Below, piece by piece: positions 46,590 through 58,789 of a stretch of 64,000 nt of DNA. Below the pieces are notes generated by a model. It saw nothing but the letters and a program-made list of their open reading frames with translations, searched no databases and was not told the DNA's origin. Numbering within the stretch: position 1 is the first letter of the stretch; the number at the start of each line of letters is the position of its first letter. The translations under genes were made by a program, and so were the position numbers. Source of the stretch: Macrostomum lignano (taxonomy: Eukaryota); assembly GCA_002269645.1 (NCBI GenBank), contig NIVC01000090.1, forward strand, positions 347,560-411,559, given 5' to 3'.

Positions 46590-48316
46590 AGAGTGCCACT
46601 ATCACACATGATGTGAACTGCACCAGAGTGCCACTATCACACATGATGTGAACTGCACCAGAGTGCCACTATCACACATGATGTGAACTGCACCAGAGTG
46701 CCACTATCACACATGATGTGAACTGCACCAGAGTGCCACTATCACACATGATGTGAACTGCACCAGAGTGCCACTATCACACATGATGTGAACTGCAGCA
46801 GAGTGCCACTATCACACATGATGTGAACTGCAGCAGAGTGCCACTATCACACATGATGTGAACTGCACCAGAGTGCCACTATCACACATGATGTGAACTG
46901 CACCAGAGTGCCACTATCACACATGATGTGAACTGCACCAGAGTGCCACTATCACACATGATGTGAACTGCACCAGAGTGCCACTATCACAAATGATGTG
47001 AACTGCAGCAGAGTGCCACTATCACACATGATGTGAACTGCAGCAGAGTGCCACTATCACACATGATGTGAACTGCACCAGAGTGCCACTATCACAAATG
47101 ATGTGAACTGCAGCAGAGTGCCACTATCACACATGATGTGAACTGCAGCAGAGTGCCACTATCACACATGATGTGAACTGCACCAGAGTGCCACTATCAC
47201 AAATGATGTGAACTGCAGCAGAGTGCCACTATCACACATGATGTGAACTGCAGCAGAGTGCCACTATCACACATGATGTGAACTGCACCAGAGTGCCACT
47301 ATCACACATGATGTGAACTGCACCAGAGTGCCACTATCACAAATGATGTGAACTGCAGCAGAGTGCCACTATCACACATGATGTGAACTGCAGCAGAGTG
47401 CCACTATCACACATGATGTGAACTGCACCAGAGTGCCACTATCACACATGATGTGAACTGCACCAGAGTGCCACTATCACAAATGATGTGAACTGCACCA
47501 GAGTGCCACTATCACACATGATGTGAACTGCACCAGAGTGCCACTATCACACATGATGTGAACTGCACCAGAGTGCCACTATCACACATGATGTGAACTG
47601 CACCAGAGTGCCACTATCACACATGATGTGAACTGCACTAGAGTGCCACTATCACAAATGATGTGAACTGCACCAGAGTGCCACTATCACACATGATGTG
47701 AACTGCACCAGAGTGCCACTATCACACATGATGTGAACTGCAGCAGAGTGCCACTATCACACATGATGTGAACTGCAGCAGAGTGCCACTATCACACATG
47801 ATGTGAACTGCACCAGAGTGCCACTATCACACATGATGTGAACTGCACCAGAGTGCCACTATCACACATGATGTGAACTGCACCAGAGTGCCACTATCAC
47901 ACATGATGTGAACTGCACCAGAGTGCCACTATCACAAATGATGTGAACTGCAGCAGAGTGCCACTATCACACATGATGTGAACTGCAGCAGAGTGCCACT
48001 ATCACACATGATGTGAACTGCACCAGAGTGCCACTATCACAAATGATGTGAACTGCAGCAGAGTGCCACTATCACACATGATGTGAACTGCACCAGAGTG
48101 CCACTATCACACATGATGTGAACTGCACCAGAGTGCCACTATCACAAATGATGTGAACTGCAGCAGAGTGCCACTATCACACATGATGTGAACTGCAGCA
48201 GAGTGCCACTATCACACATGATGTGAACTGCACCAGAGTGCCACTATCACACATGATGTGAACTGCACCAGAGTGCCACTATCACAAATGATGTGAACTG
48301 CAGCAGAGTGCCACTA
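46590..48316. repeat. 35-bp satellite, about 49 copies (AGAGTGCCACTATCACACATGATGTGAACTGCACC), in kelch intron
   Basis: Exact 35-bp period with two variant sites (CACC/CAGC, ACAC/ACAA). Confidence 0.98.
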
Positions 48317-48989
48317 TTCAACCCTTAAAATTATTTATATGACCACAAACAGCGTTTAAAAGCAGCTATTTTTTGTTAAATCCGCTGACTATAAAACAAA
48401 GGCAGACAGAATCATGGCTGCGAAAAGAAGCTTATAAAATTTCAATTGAAATTTACCTAAATAGGCATCCCTTGATCTCACAGTGGCATCAGTGTCAAAA
48501 GCGAAAAAAACTAATTTCCTCAGTAGAAAAGACTCAAATCCTCGTTAATTTTAATAACTATAATTAAAGCTTTGAAATTGCTGTGCCAATAACAGATTAA
48601 CAACAAATGAATTCCCTGTTTTTAGAATATTTATTCGCTTTAAATCTTTTCTAAATTAAGATTCTTCTTTGTTGAGAGTTAGAGACAAAGCTTAAGAAGT
48701 GAATTTTTCGATTAAGGATCCAATCAAGGATTCAGGACACACACATAGACACACACATAGGTGACCATTTGACTTGAAAAGTGAAAATGGTGTTTCTTTC
48801 ATATCTCTATCAGCCAGGCTATCAAAAAGCATATGCTATGCATTGTATTATTTAAAAAAATTGAATAATCATACTTGGATTCCATTATTATTAATCTGTT
48901 TGTTACTTTCTAATAAAAAATGCTTCTTTCTATTATCCACCTCTTGTACTCGTAAATTGACACTAACTGAATGACTATCTAAGGAAGGC

Positions 48990-49290
48990 CGGCTGTGCGT
49001 AGCCCAGTGGTCTAGCTAGGCGCTCCGATGTGCCAGCGGCCCAGGCTCGATTCCAAGTGCAGTCACATTAATTTGGGGCTAAATTGGAATCTCGGCTTGG
49101 CTCTGCTCGTGCAATTAACGCTCAGCTTGAGGGCCAACCCCCAAATGCACAGTGAAGTGTACATGCCTAACGATAAATAAAGTTAGGGCCGCTGTACACT
49201 CCTGTGTGAGTGTGTGCCTGTGCGTATGACTGCGTACGTATCCCCGCGCTTGTGTGCCTGCTCAGGGGAGTCGGCGGAATGGGGGCAGCA
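48990..49290 (+). mobile_element. tRNA-derived SINE-like element in kelch intron
   Basis: A-box-like TAGCCCAGTGG and B-box-like GGCTCGATTCC followed by about 220 nt of unrelated body. The 3' boundary is uncertain. Confidence 0.5.
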
Positions 49291-49333
49291 ATGCCTCTCG
49301 CTAGCTATGAACGCTCTAAACAGCAGCACTCAC

Positions 49334-49891
49334 CCTGCACAATACAGGCCGAATGAAATGCAACAGCTTGAGGCCCTCCATTAGCCGTTAACTCGCTAAC
49401 GTGACCGCTACTTGACTGATTTCCATCCGTCGGGATTCGAATCCGGGACCACTGGCCAATACGGAAGCTCCAGCGCCACAGGTCGGGCTGGCAGAGGTAC
49501 AGGCCGCCATAGCCGCCGAACACGTACATGCCGCAGTCGTGGGCGCAGGCCGTGTGTCCGAACCGAGCACTCGGACCGAAATAAGCGTCCGACGAACTAT
49601 TCGAATCGCTATGGATTGAAGTTAAACCAGTAGAACCGTGCGAACCGTCCGACCCGGTGTCGGACAGCTGGCCAGCCGGACAGCTCGGCCAGACCAGATG
49701 CCATTCCTCCGATTTCAGATCGAATCGCCACAGTTCTTGAGTAGGCTTGTCAGCGTAACCGCCAAAGATGTACAGGTAGCGGCTGTGAAGCACTGCGCTG
49801 TGATTGCGGCGGCTGCTTGGCTGGGGCTGATGCTGCTGCTGATGATGCTGCTGCAGGTGCTGCTGCACTGGCGACAGGCGGCCAGATGGAA
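49334..49891 (-). CDS. Kelch-repeat protein, internal exon
   Basis: Blades PSSRRNHSAVLHSRYLYIFGGY..ELWRFD and PSARFGHTACAHDCGMYVFGGY..DLWRWS. Acceptor CTGACCGCAG and donor G|GTGAGT, phase 1-1, 558 nt. Confidence 0.88.
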
Positions 49892-49974
49892 CTGCGGTCA
49901 GTTGTTAAGGGGATTTTTTAGCTGGGAATTGTTGTAAACACTGGTTACAGTTAGATTAATCATGTAATCTGAAT

Positions 49975-50540
49975 TGAGATTCTTAAGGTGAGATGGACTG
50001 AGATTCTCTAGGTCAGATGGATTGAGATTCTCAAGGTGAGATGGAGTGAGATTCTCAAGGTGAGATGGACTGAGATTCTCCAGGTGAGATGGAATAAGAA
50101 TCTCAAGGTGAGATGGACTGAGATTCTCCAGGTGAGATGGAATGAGAATCTAAAGGTGAGATGGACTGAGATTCTCGAGGTGAGATTGGCTGAGAATGTA
50201 AAAGTGAGATGGACTGAGATTCTCAAGGTGAGATGGACTGAGATTCTCAAAGTGAGATTGTTTGAGAATCTAAAGGTGAGATGGACTGAGATTCTCGAGG
50301 TGAGATTGGCTGAGAATCTAAAAGTGAGATGGACTGAGATTCTCAAAGTGAGATGGACTGAAATTCTCGAGGTGAGATTGGCTGAGAATCTCAAAGTGAG
50401 ATGGACTGAGATTCTCAAAGTGAGATGGACTGAGATTCTCAAGGAGAGTTGGACTAAGATTCCCTAGATATGATAGACTGGAAATCTCAAGGTGAGATGG
50501 ACTGAGATTCTCTAGGTGAGATGGACTGAGATTCCCAAGT
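49975..50540. repeat. 24-bp minisatellite (TCAAGGTGAGATGGACTGAGATTC) filling a kelch intron
   Basis: Occupies about 565 of the 697 nt of intron 49892-50588. Confidence 0.95.
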
Positions 50541-50588
50541 TAAGACTGGCTTACAATCTTTAGATGGAACAGGCATACAAACACTCAC

Positions 50589-51036
50589 CAGCAGCCGCAG
50601 GCGCTGTCAGTTGATCAACCACCGCTACCCCACCAGGCTGCCACTGCCTGCTAAGCCGCAGTCTCGGCGACACAATCCACAAAGGACAGTCCGGATAGCC
50701 TCCGTGGGTGCCGCCAAACAGGTACAGCCTGCCATTTGCGCCAGTCATTGTGTGACCGTCTAAATGAGGTGGCGCGCAACCAGTCAGGCTCAGCCGCTCC
50801 CAGCCTGCGTCCGAGCGCCAACGCCAAGCGTCTTTCAATGGTTGCCGACCTCGCCGACCGCCGTGTACATACAGCCAGCCATTTAACAGGGCGCAGGCCT
50901 GTTTCCAACGGCCCAATGGTTGAGGCTGATCGGCACTATCCAGAAGACTCTGCTCTTCATCAGAATCATCTGGAGCAAAGGTGCCGTTAAATGGTGTTGG
51001 CCCGGTCAGTTGAGACCATTGTACAGTGTTGTCGGT
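50589..51036 (-). CDS. Kelch-repeat protein, 5'-most securely identified exon
   Basis: Blades GRWKQACALLNGWLYVHGGR..PLKDAWRW and PPHLDGHTMTGANGRLYLFGG. Acceptor TTTTAACACAG (phase 0), donor G|GTGAGT (phase 1). No in-frame ATG before the first blade, so an upstream exon is needed. LZTR1/KLHDC-type kelch, no BTB domain seen. Confidence 0.82.
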
Positions 51037-51255
51037 CTGTGTTAAAAGTAAATGATTAAAATAGCTTTATTAATTGTATATGCTACTAACAGTAGCAATA
51101 AATGGAAATTTGATCTAAAATCGTTTATTTATTTTTCACTCTAATTGAATTGTTTATAATAAGAATAAAAACTGATTAGACTTGCAACAATGGGCAGATG
51201 TACAACCGACAGCTTAGCCGCAGCTATTGCACGGCGCATCTGAAGGCTGCGTACG

Positions 51256-51460
51256 GCTGTTCAGTCCAAGCACTGGGGGGTCGCCACACACACCTTCAAT
51301 TATCCCAGCTAATGCTGGCACCCATTTTATAGCTGGGTGAACAGAAGCAATGCAGAGTTAAGTATCTTGCTTAAATACACAAATTGCTCCAGTTGGGATC
51401 AGGAATCGAACCCCCAACCTTCAATGTTCTAACCTGTAAGCTGCAACACCAATGTAGTCC
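51256..51460 (-). mobile_element. CORE-type SINE with tRNA-like head
   Basis: Minus strand reads GGGTTCGATTCC (B box) then TGTGTATTTAAGCAAGATACTTAACTCTGCATTGCTTCTGTTCACCCAGCTATAAAATGGG, aligning by eye with the MIR CORE TGTGACCTTGGGCAAGTTACTTAACCTCTCTGTGCCTCAGTTTCCTCATCTGTAAAATGGG. Confidence 0.75.
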
Positions 51461-51793
51461 ACTTTGATAAAAGACAGCTAAAACAGTGGATTTTTCAAAT
51501 TAGAAAGCTAAAAACTGGATTAGGCACATCTTTGATTAGAAATTAGAAATGGTTGCCAGCAACAGGGATGCAAAACCAATTCATTTCTCTTATGACTCTG
51601 GCGTGACCGTCTTCACTCTCGAGCACCCTATTAGATACTATCAATACTACTATCAGAAGTAGCTGTACTAATAATTAGGATTCTTTGATTCTTTTTGCTA
51701 AAAATATTCAATTATAAATAAAATAAAATAACAGCATGAATGGCTCAGCTAAAAATAGTTTAAACATGCAGACATTTTTCTAAATAAATATTG

Positions 51794-51844
<51 letters not shown>

Positions 51845-51857
51845 TTAGTTATTTATT

Positions 51858-52583
51858 ACCATGTCAAACATTAAAGAGCCACCATGTCAAACATAAAATT
51901 TACACAATTTCAAACGTAAAAGTAAGCGTCATGCCAATTTTAAAGGAGCCACTATAGAGCTAAGGAAATTGTAGCACTAGCTACTTTACTTATTGTATGG
52001 TGGATGCTTATTATTTGGGGTGCTTGCTATCTGGGGGATGCTTGCGATCTGGGGGATGCTTGCGATCTGGGGGATGCTTACGATCTGGGGGATGCTTGCT
52101 ATCTGGGGGATGCTTACTATCTGGGGTCTGGGGGAATGCTTGCTATCTGGGGATGCTTGCGATCTGGGGGATGCTTGCGATCTGGGGGATGCTTGCTATC
52201 TGGGGGATGCTTACTATCTGGGGTCTGGGGGAATGCTTGCTATCTGGGGATGCTTGCTATCTGGGGTTGCTTGCTATCGGGGGGATGCTTGCTACCTGGG
52301 GGATGCTTGCTATCTGGGGTCTGGGGGAATGCTTGCTATCTGCGGATGCTTGCTATCTGGGGTTGCTTGCTATCGGGGGGATGCTTGCTACCTGGGGGAT
52401 GCTTGCTATTTTGGGATCGATGCTTGAATGCTGTCTGAGGATGCTTGCTGTCTTGGGATGTTTTGTTTTTGGAGGGAATGTCTGTTGTTGTTTTTTGAAG
52501 GCTTTAGTTCGCTGTCTATTTGTTATTTGTAAAGAACAAGGATTCTAACCAGATGTCCCCCATCGGGGGGCGAAGATTGCTAA
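51858..52583 (+). mobile_element. Non-autonomous Helitron-like element with internal minisatellites (CCACCATGTCAAACATAAA and about 18-bp CTATCTGGGGGATGCTTG)
   Basis: Ends with hairpin CCCCC-ATC-GGGGG (52557-52569) then CTAA|T (52580-52584). Internal junction shared with 60840-61645. Confidence 0.55.
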
Positions 52584-52589
52584 TATTGT

Positions 52590-54780
52590 TATTCTATAAT
52601 TAATGAGCAAAAGCAAGCAGACAACTGCAAAATAAAAAAGTGACCATTCCAATTGCAAAGTGAGTAAGTACACTTCATTGCCAAAAAATAAATTTAGACA
52701 CCAATTTTATATCTATCTCTTACCTGCAACATCATTCTAGAATATTCAAAAGAGACATTTTCTCCTTCATTGCACATAAAAGCCTGTAGGCCAAAGGATT
52801 AAAAGTAGTTATGCAATAATTTTACCAAAAATAACTATCAATCTATTAGTCTTTTTTTATTCAAAGCAAGAGCTTTAATGATGAAATTAAACAAATATCA
52901 ATATATTTATTCCTACCTTTATTCTTGATGCAACAGCATTGCTATAATCAGCAATAGACATGTATTTTGTCTGGAAAATAGCAAGAAAAAAGATTTATAG
53001 CTACTTGGCATGGGTAGATAGCCAAGAAAAAAGCTATTTAAATCATGTTATGGCTTGTGTTTTTGTAGTTTATTAAAGACACCATGAAAATATCATGAGA
53101 ATATTTTGATAAAAAGATGGGCATTACTAGTCATTAAACTCTTCATTAAACAAAATATTTTTGATTTCTTAAAGATTAGACCCTAACATTTTTTCAACCA
53201 CCAATTTTCTTTCAACATTTCTCAATGTGTTTCCTTGCAAAGTACTATGATATATGATTGCAAATTGTTTTTGAAATGCTATAGGTAGATAAGCAATGAA
53301 GTTCCAATGCTCTTTGAAATGTATTGCAATGCTTCCACTTGCACAAGCTTTGTGCTTATCACCACACAAGAAAGGAAATCTGGTGCAAATGCATAGATTT
53401 TCAAAAGATGACACTGCAGCAAAGTGCTGGCAGTAGCTACTAGAGCTGGATATTCACTTGCAAACAGTTAAATTATAGGGCCTACATGTGTGCAGCTTGC
53501 ACTTGATGGATGAGGCCTACAATTGCTTTACAAAGTGCCACAAACAAGACACCCATATTTGCTAGGATGCAATCCAATACCAAGAGCTTGTGCTACCTTG
53601 CTTATTTGATTAGACCAGCTACTATCTGTGCAAGGGACTGATAAAGAGCTGGACAACATTTACCCTCTAATGCTAGAGCCAATTAGCAATCTGCCTGTAG
53701 CCAAGCCTGCAACCTGCCAGCTACCACTGCTATGGCAAAGCAACTATCAGCTACCAGATGCTGTGCAAAGAACAGCTGTTGCGACTGAGAGCTCTCACCT
53801 TTGCAGCCAATTCCAAGTGAAAGAGGCAATAATAAAGTGGCTGCAGAAGCTATTCTTGAGGGACAAGGCTAGTGCAATGCAGGCATGCATCCATGACAGT
53901 GTGGCTAGGGGCAGCTTCTAATAGTCAACTGGACACTTGCAGTCAAGGGCTATGCTAGTCAAAGGATGCCATCAATAGATCATTGCAGCTGCACCACAAG
54001 AGTTTTGTTGCTTATTGGCTGTTACTGGGGATTGCTTTTGCAAGACGACAACAATGCTACAACTAGTGACCTAACACCATCAAATAAAGCCTCTGGCAGC
54101 AACTCCAATGAAGCAGCTATCATGCTATTGCACAAACTGATAGAAGACTAAATTACTGACCAAGGCAATGCAGTACTAAACAAGGCCACTGAATATCTTG
54201 CTGGCTGTGTGCTTAAAATAAGTGGTATATTGGACTGCATCAACTACAAAGTTTCAGATCTGTCTAGCTATTACATGCAACATTATAGTCATTATCTGGC
54301 CCACATAGTCATTAGCCTCATACACCTTTTGTTCGTGGCTTTGGGTGAGTTCTGCAAGATGGAGGCTGCTTTCATAGCATTATTTCCCAGTTTTACTCGT
54401 AGCTAAACAATTGGCTGCTGTGTTCATAGCTGCAGCAGTTGCATCATTAGCATGCAGCTTACATACTACACATGTGTAATGTCAAATATGCAGCATGTTT
54501 GCATGGTTTCAACTGCATCATTGGCACCCTTACAAGATAAAAAGCCTATAAGCAAAGGCAAGCAAAATCAGCACATTAAAAAAGTTTCACAAATTGACAA
54601 ACTGATTAATTGATAAGAAATCTTTCTATTTAGCTATATGAATATCATGTATATAATATCTCATATTTGCTAAATATAGTTAAATATAACAATATAGCCT
54701 TCAATGCAATCTAAAGCATTTAAACTGCTGCTTTTAACTGTGGAAAATATAATTATAAGTTTATATTTGCATATAAAGTC
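52590..54780. pseudogene. Heavily decayed, CpG-depleted coding-like relic, possibly a DNA transposase
   Basis: Only 4 CpG counted in 53401-54540. Short stop-riddled frames. ..ATEYLAGCVLKI..LDC..FCKMEAAF weakly recalls the C-terminus of P-element/THAP9-type transposases. Boundaries approximate. Confidence 0.35.
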
Positions 54781-56462
54781 ATAATGTAGAAGCGGTTACT
54801 GTTTTCTAGGAAACCTTATTTCTAAAATTACGCAAAAACTATGTTTTGTTTTAATTTGCAAAATATTCCTAATATTTTACGTTTGTTATAAATATACACA
54901 GTCGAGATGGTATAAATAGGAGCGAAGTTGGAGGTAGGAAAATTAACACTCGTTCAATAGCTATAAGCTCAAAATGTGTTCAATAAATTGTTCTCAGATC
55001 ATTATTCATTTCTAAGAGTATTGTAAAGAAAGTTGGAGGTTGCAATCGGGATTCATGCAAAGAGTAGTACCAAGAGTAATTGCTGTGACCCTCTAATCTC
55101 GGTAACGCCCAGACTAGAGAGAGAAAGTACATATACCAGTAAGACCGCTCAGGCCATACATGTATACTAAGAATGCTACCAGACTAATACATAAGACGCT
55201 ACCAGACTAATACATAAAAACGCTACCAGCATATCCAAATGAAATTCTAAGAAACAGTTAGAAATAGGCCTACCAAAGGCAGAATTTAGTACCAGCAGTA
55301 TAAATTCTAGAGAGAGCTAAAAGGCCTAGTACAACTTTGGTGGCAATAGTGGGATAATTGGAGGACAGAAGTAAGCCCTGCAACAACTTTGGTTACAGCG
55401 GTAGGATTTGGTATTGTACGGGAACACCCCTAGCACAATAATACAATTGCAGCATTGTACTCATTGGTTCTAGTTTTTAAAATATAAAAAACACTAAAAT
55501 GTTTATATTACTACTAAGCAAAGAATAGAATAAAATGTGTGATGAAAATTAATTAGAATGGCCTATCTAGTGTTGATAATATATATAGATAAAACTAATC
55601 TATCAATTTTATCGTAGACTGCAATCTATCAATTTTCTCTCTATGAACTTCTTCATGGCAACTGATTCTCAAACCAAAATTGGTTCGGATTTCCAATAAA
55701 AAAGCAGTATAACTATTTAACTTTGTTGAAGTAGTTTGTTGAAGTTGTTGAAGAAGTAGTTAGTAGTGAATTCGTTGTTTGGCTGCCTTAACAGCCTCAC
55801 TTTGCACAATTTTTTACTTTCTTCTTGGCTATTGCCATTTAATAATCACAATTTTAAAGCACTAATATCCCTCTAGTTTAGGAGACAGAAAGTTATACTT
55901 TACAAATTGGTTCTGGTTCTAGAACTAGAACAATATGAAGAGCCTTTATGAAACTAAAATTTATGAGTAGGCCCCTATAAAAATCCTTTCAATAAAACTA
56001 AAAACTATAAAAACATTTCTATGAAACTGAAATCCATCAGTGCCAATTAGCATTGCACCTCAATCTAGCCTTGCCAAGCCTCCAAATTCTATTAATGTGT
56101 CAACTACATATGTCTGCATTTGCACTTTGTTGGTCACTGGCCTTCACCTAGGTCATTTCTAGACCTTCAACAGGTGGCACCAGGTGACTATAAATATACT
56201 GTTACAAAATTCTTTAGTTTTGCCAATCAAGCTTCAATAATAGGCAACTGCCTCAACTGCTTCAACTGCTAGACATGCTCAGCTAGTTGCTTAAGTATTC
56301 TGTTATTAACCCAATGTCAATGCCAAAGGCATGCATCAATTACCTTGATAGAAAGTTTATAGTGCTTATTTGTTAATAGGTTTGCTCATTGTTTTGCAAG
56401 TAGCATTCCCATGAGGCACTGACAAGCTAGAGAAGACTAGACAAAAATCCTATATACTAAAA

Positions 56463-56476
56463 ATGGTCTGTCTATG

Positions 56477-56517
<41 letters not shown>

Positions 56518-56650
56518 GTGATCGATTAGAGAAAAAATGGCTGGACCGATTTTCTTCGAACTTGCACCATTCGATCAGAAATTTTCCCGTGACGGTACAT
56601 GCATCTTGGCTAAGAAATTGCTCCATGTTAAAGCGATTAAATATTCAAAA
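56463..56650 (+). mobile_element. Microsatellite-bearing Helitron/Helentron-derived (DINE-1/Lep1-like) fragment
   Basis: GTCTGTCT/(ATCT)n run followed by AAAAAATGGCTGGACCGATTTTCTTCGAA, the layout typical of these elements. Confidence 0.5.
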
Positions 56651-56964
56651 AACATGCTTTTTTGCAAAGGTCAAGCAAACTTTTCGACTTGAAATGCATT
56701 GTAATAATGCTAGAGAAAAAACTGACTGGTTGAATTCTGATTCTGAAATAGATTGCATCATAACTGAATTGTAACTCCAACTTGAATTGCGTCACAGTAT
56801 TGAAAATGCAGTGTGGAAGCGTAGCACCAGACTTGATTTAGATTGCGTAACCATATTCTCAACTTTAATTGAGACTGATACTGACTTGCCTGGGAAATTG
56901 ATTATGTCATAACTGCTTCGTGAGTGAGTGTTGAATTATATGTGAGTGTTGATTTATAAATTCG

Positions 56965-57032
56965 ATAAGAGCTAGCCTAGATGTGAACAGACTGGACTGC
57001 AAATGCAGCGACCTGGGTTCGAATCTTAGTAG
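56965..57032 (+). mobile_element. tRNA-like SINE head; decayed second copy at about 60757-60812
   Basis: TAGCCTAGATG...GGGTTCGAATCTTAGTAGTG, versus GAACAGACTGGAACTGC...GGTTCAAATCTTAGTAGTG at about 60760-60810. Confidence 0.55.
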
Positions 57033-57084
57033 TGAAAAGTTTTTTATTAAAAGCTTTTATTCAAGGACAAATAAAGGACAAAAG

Positions 57085-58760
57085 GCGTCATGTAAAAAAA
57101 TCATTGAAGCGTCATGTAAAAAATCATAGAAGCGTCATGAAACAATCATAGAAGCGTCATGTAAAAATCATAGAAGCGTCATGTAAACAATCATAGAAGC
57201 ATCATTTAAAAAATCATTGAAGCGTCATGTAAAAAATCATAGAAGCGTCATGTAAACAATCATTGAAGCGTCATGAAACAATCATAGAAGCGTCATGAAA
57301 CAATCATAGAAGCGTCATGTAAACAATCATAGAAGCGTCATGTAAACAATCATAGAAGCGTCATGTAAAAAGCATAGAAGCATCATGTAAAAAGCATAGA
57401 AACGTCATATAAAACTCATAGAAGCGTCATGTAAAAAAATCATAGAAGCGTCATGTAAACAATCATAGAAGCGTAATGTAAAAAAATCATAGAAGCGTCA
57501 TGTAAACAATCATAGAAGCGTCCTATAAAAATCATAGAAGCGTCATGTAAAAAATCATAGAAGCGTCATGTAAACAATCATAGAAGCGTCATGTAAACCA
57601 TCATAGAAGCGTCATGTAAACAATCATAGAAGCGTCATGTAAAAATCATAGAAGTGTCATGTAAAAAATCATAGAAGCGTCATGTAAAAAATCATAGAAG
57701 CGTCATGTAAAAAATCATAGAAGCGTCATGTAAAAATCATAGAAGTGTCATATAAACAATCATAGAAGCGTCATGTAAAAAATCATAGAAGCGTCATTTA
57801 AAAAATCATTGAAGCGTCATGTAAAAAATCATAGAAGCGTCATGTAAACAATCATAGAAGCGTCATGAAACAATCATAGAAGCGTCATGTAAACAATCAT
57901 AGAAGCGTCATGTAAAAAAGCATAGAAGCGTCATGTAAAAAGCATAGAAACGTCATATAAAACTCATAGAAGCGTCATGTAAAAAAATCATAGAAGCGTC
58001 ATGTAAACAATCATAGAAGCGTAATGTAAAAAAATCATAGAAGCGTCATGTAAACAATCATAGAAGCGTCCTATAAAAATCATAGAAGCGTCATGTAAAC
58101 AATCATAGAAGCGTCATGTAAACCATCATAGAAGCGTCATGTAAACAATCATAGAAGCGTCATGTAAAAATCATAGAAGTGTCATGTAAAAAATCATAGA
58201 AGCGTCATGTAAACAATCATAGAAGCATCATATAAAACTCATAGAAGCGTCATTTAAAAAAATCATAGAAGCGTAATGTAAACAATCAAAGAAGCGTCAT
58301 ATAAAAAATCATAGAAGCGTCATGTAAACAATCATAGAAGCGTAATGTAAAAAATCATAGAAGCGTCATGTAAAAATCATAGAAGTGTCATGTAAACAAT
58401 TATAGAAGCGTCATGTAAAAATCATAGAAGTGTCATGTAAACAATCATAGAAGCGTCATGAAAAAATCATAGAAGCGTCATGTAAACAATCATCGAAGCG
58501 TCATCTAAAAAGTCATAGAAGCGTCATGTAAACAATCATAGAAGCGTCATGTAAACAATCATAGAAGCGTCATGAAAAAATCATAGAAGTGTCATGTAAA
58601 CAATCATCGAAGCGTCATCTAAAAAGTCATAGAAGCGTCATGTAAAAATCATAGAAGCGTCATGTAAACAATCATAGAAGCGTCAAGAAAAAATCATAGA
58701 AGCCTCATTAAAAACTAATGAAAGTGTCATTTAAAAATTAAGAAGCATCATGGTAGAATA
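57085..58760. repeat. About 22-bp minisatellite (AAACAATCATAGAAGCGTCATGT)
   Basis: About 1.7 kb of 20-24 bp variant units. Confidence 0.95.
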
Positions 58761-58789
58761 AAAGAAGCGTCATGTCAGACATGAAGGGT

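Noticed and set aside
41426-52548. Repeat ORFs in the 33-, 21-, 24- and 18-bp arrays (e.g. 41426-42133, 43390-44109, 50008-50467, 51993-52548)
   Set aside because: Unit lengths are multiples of 3 and lack stops. They lie in introns or intergenic space with no gene structure.
46195-57032. Functional tRNA genes at 46195, 48990 and 56965
   Set aside because: A and B boxes are present but no convincing acceptor stem or 7-nt anticodon loop. Better explained as SINE heads; tRNAscan-SE would settle it.
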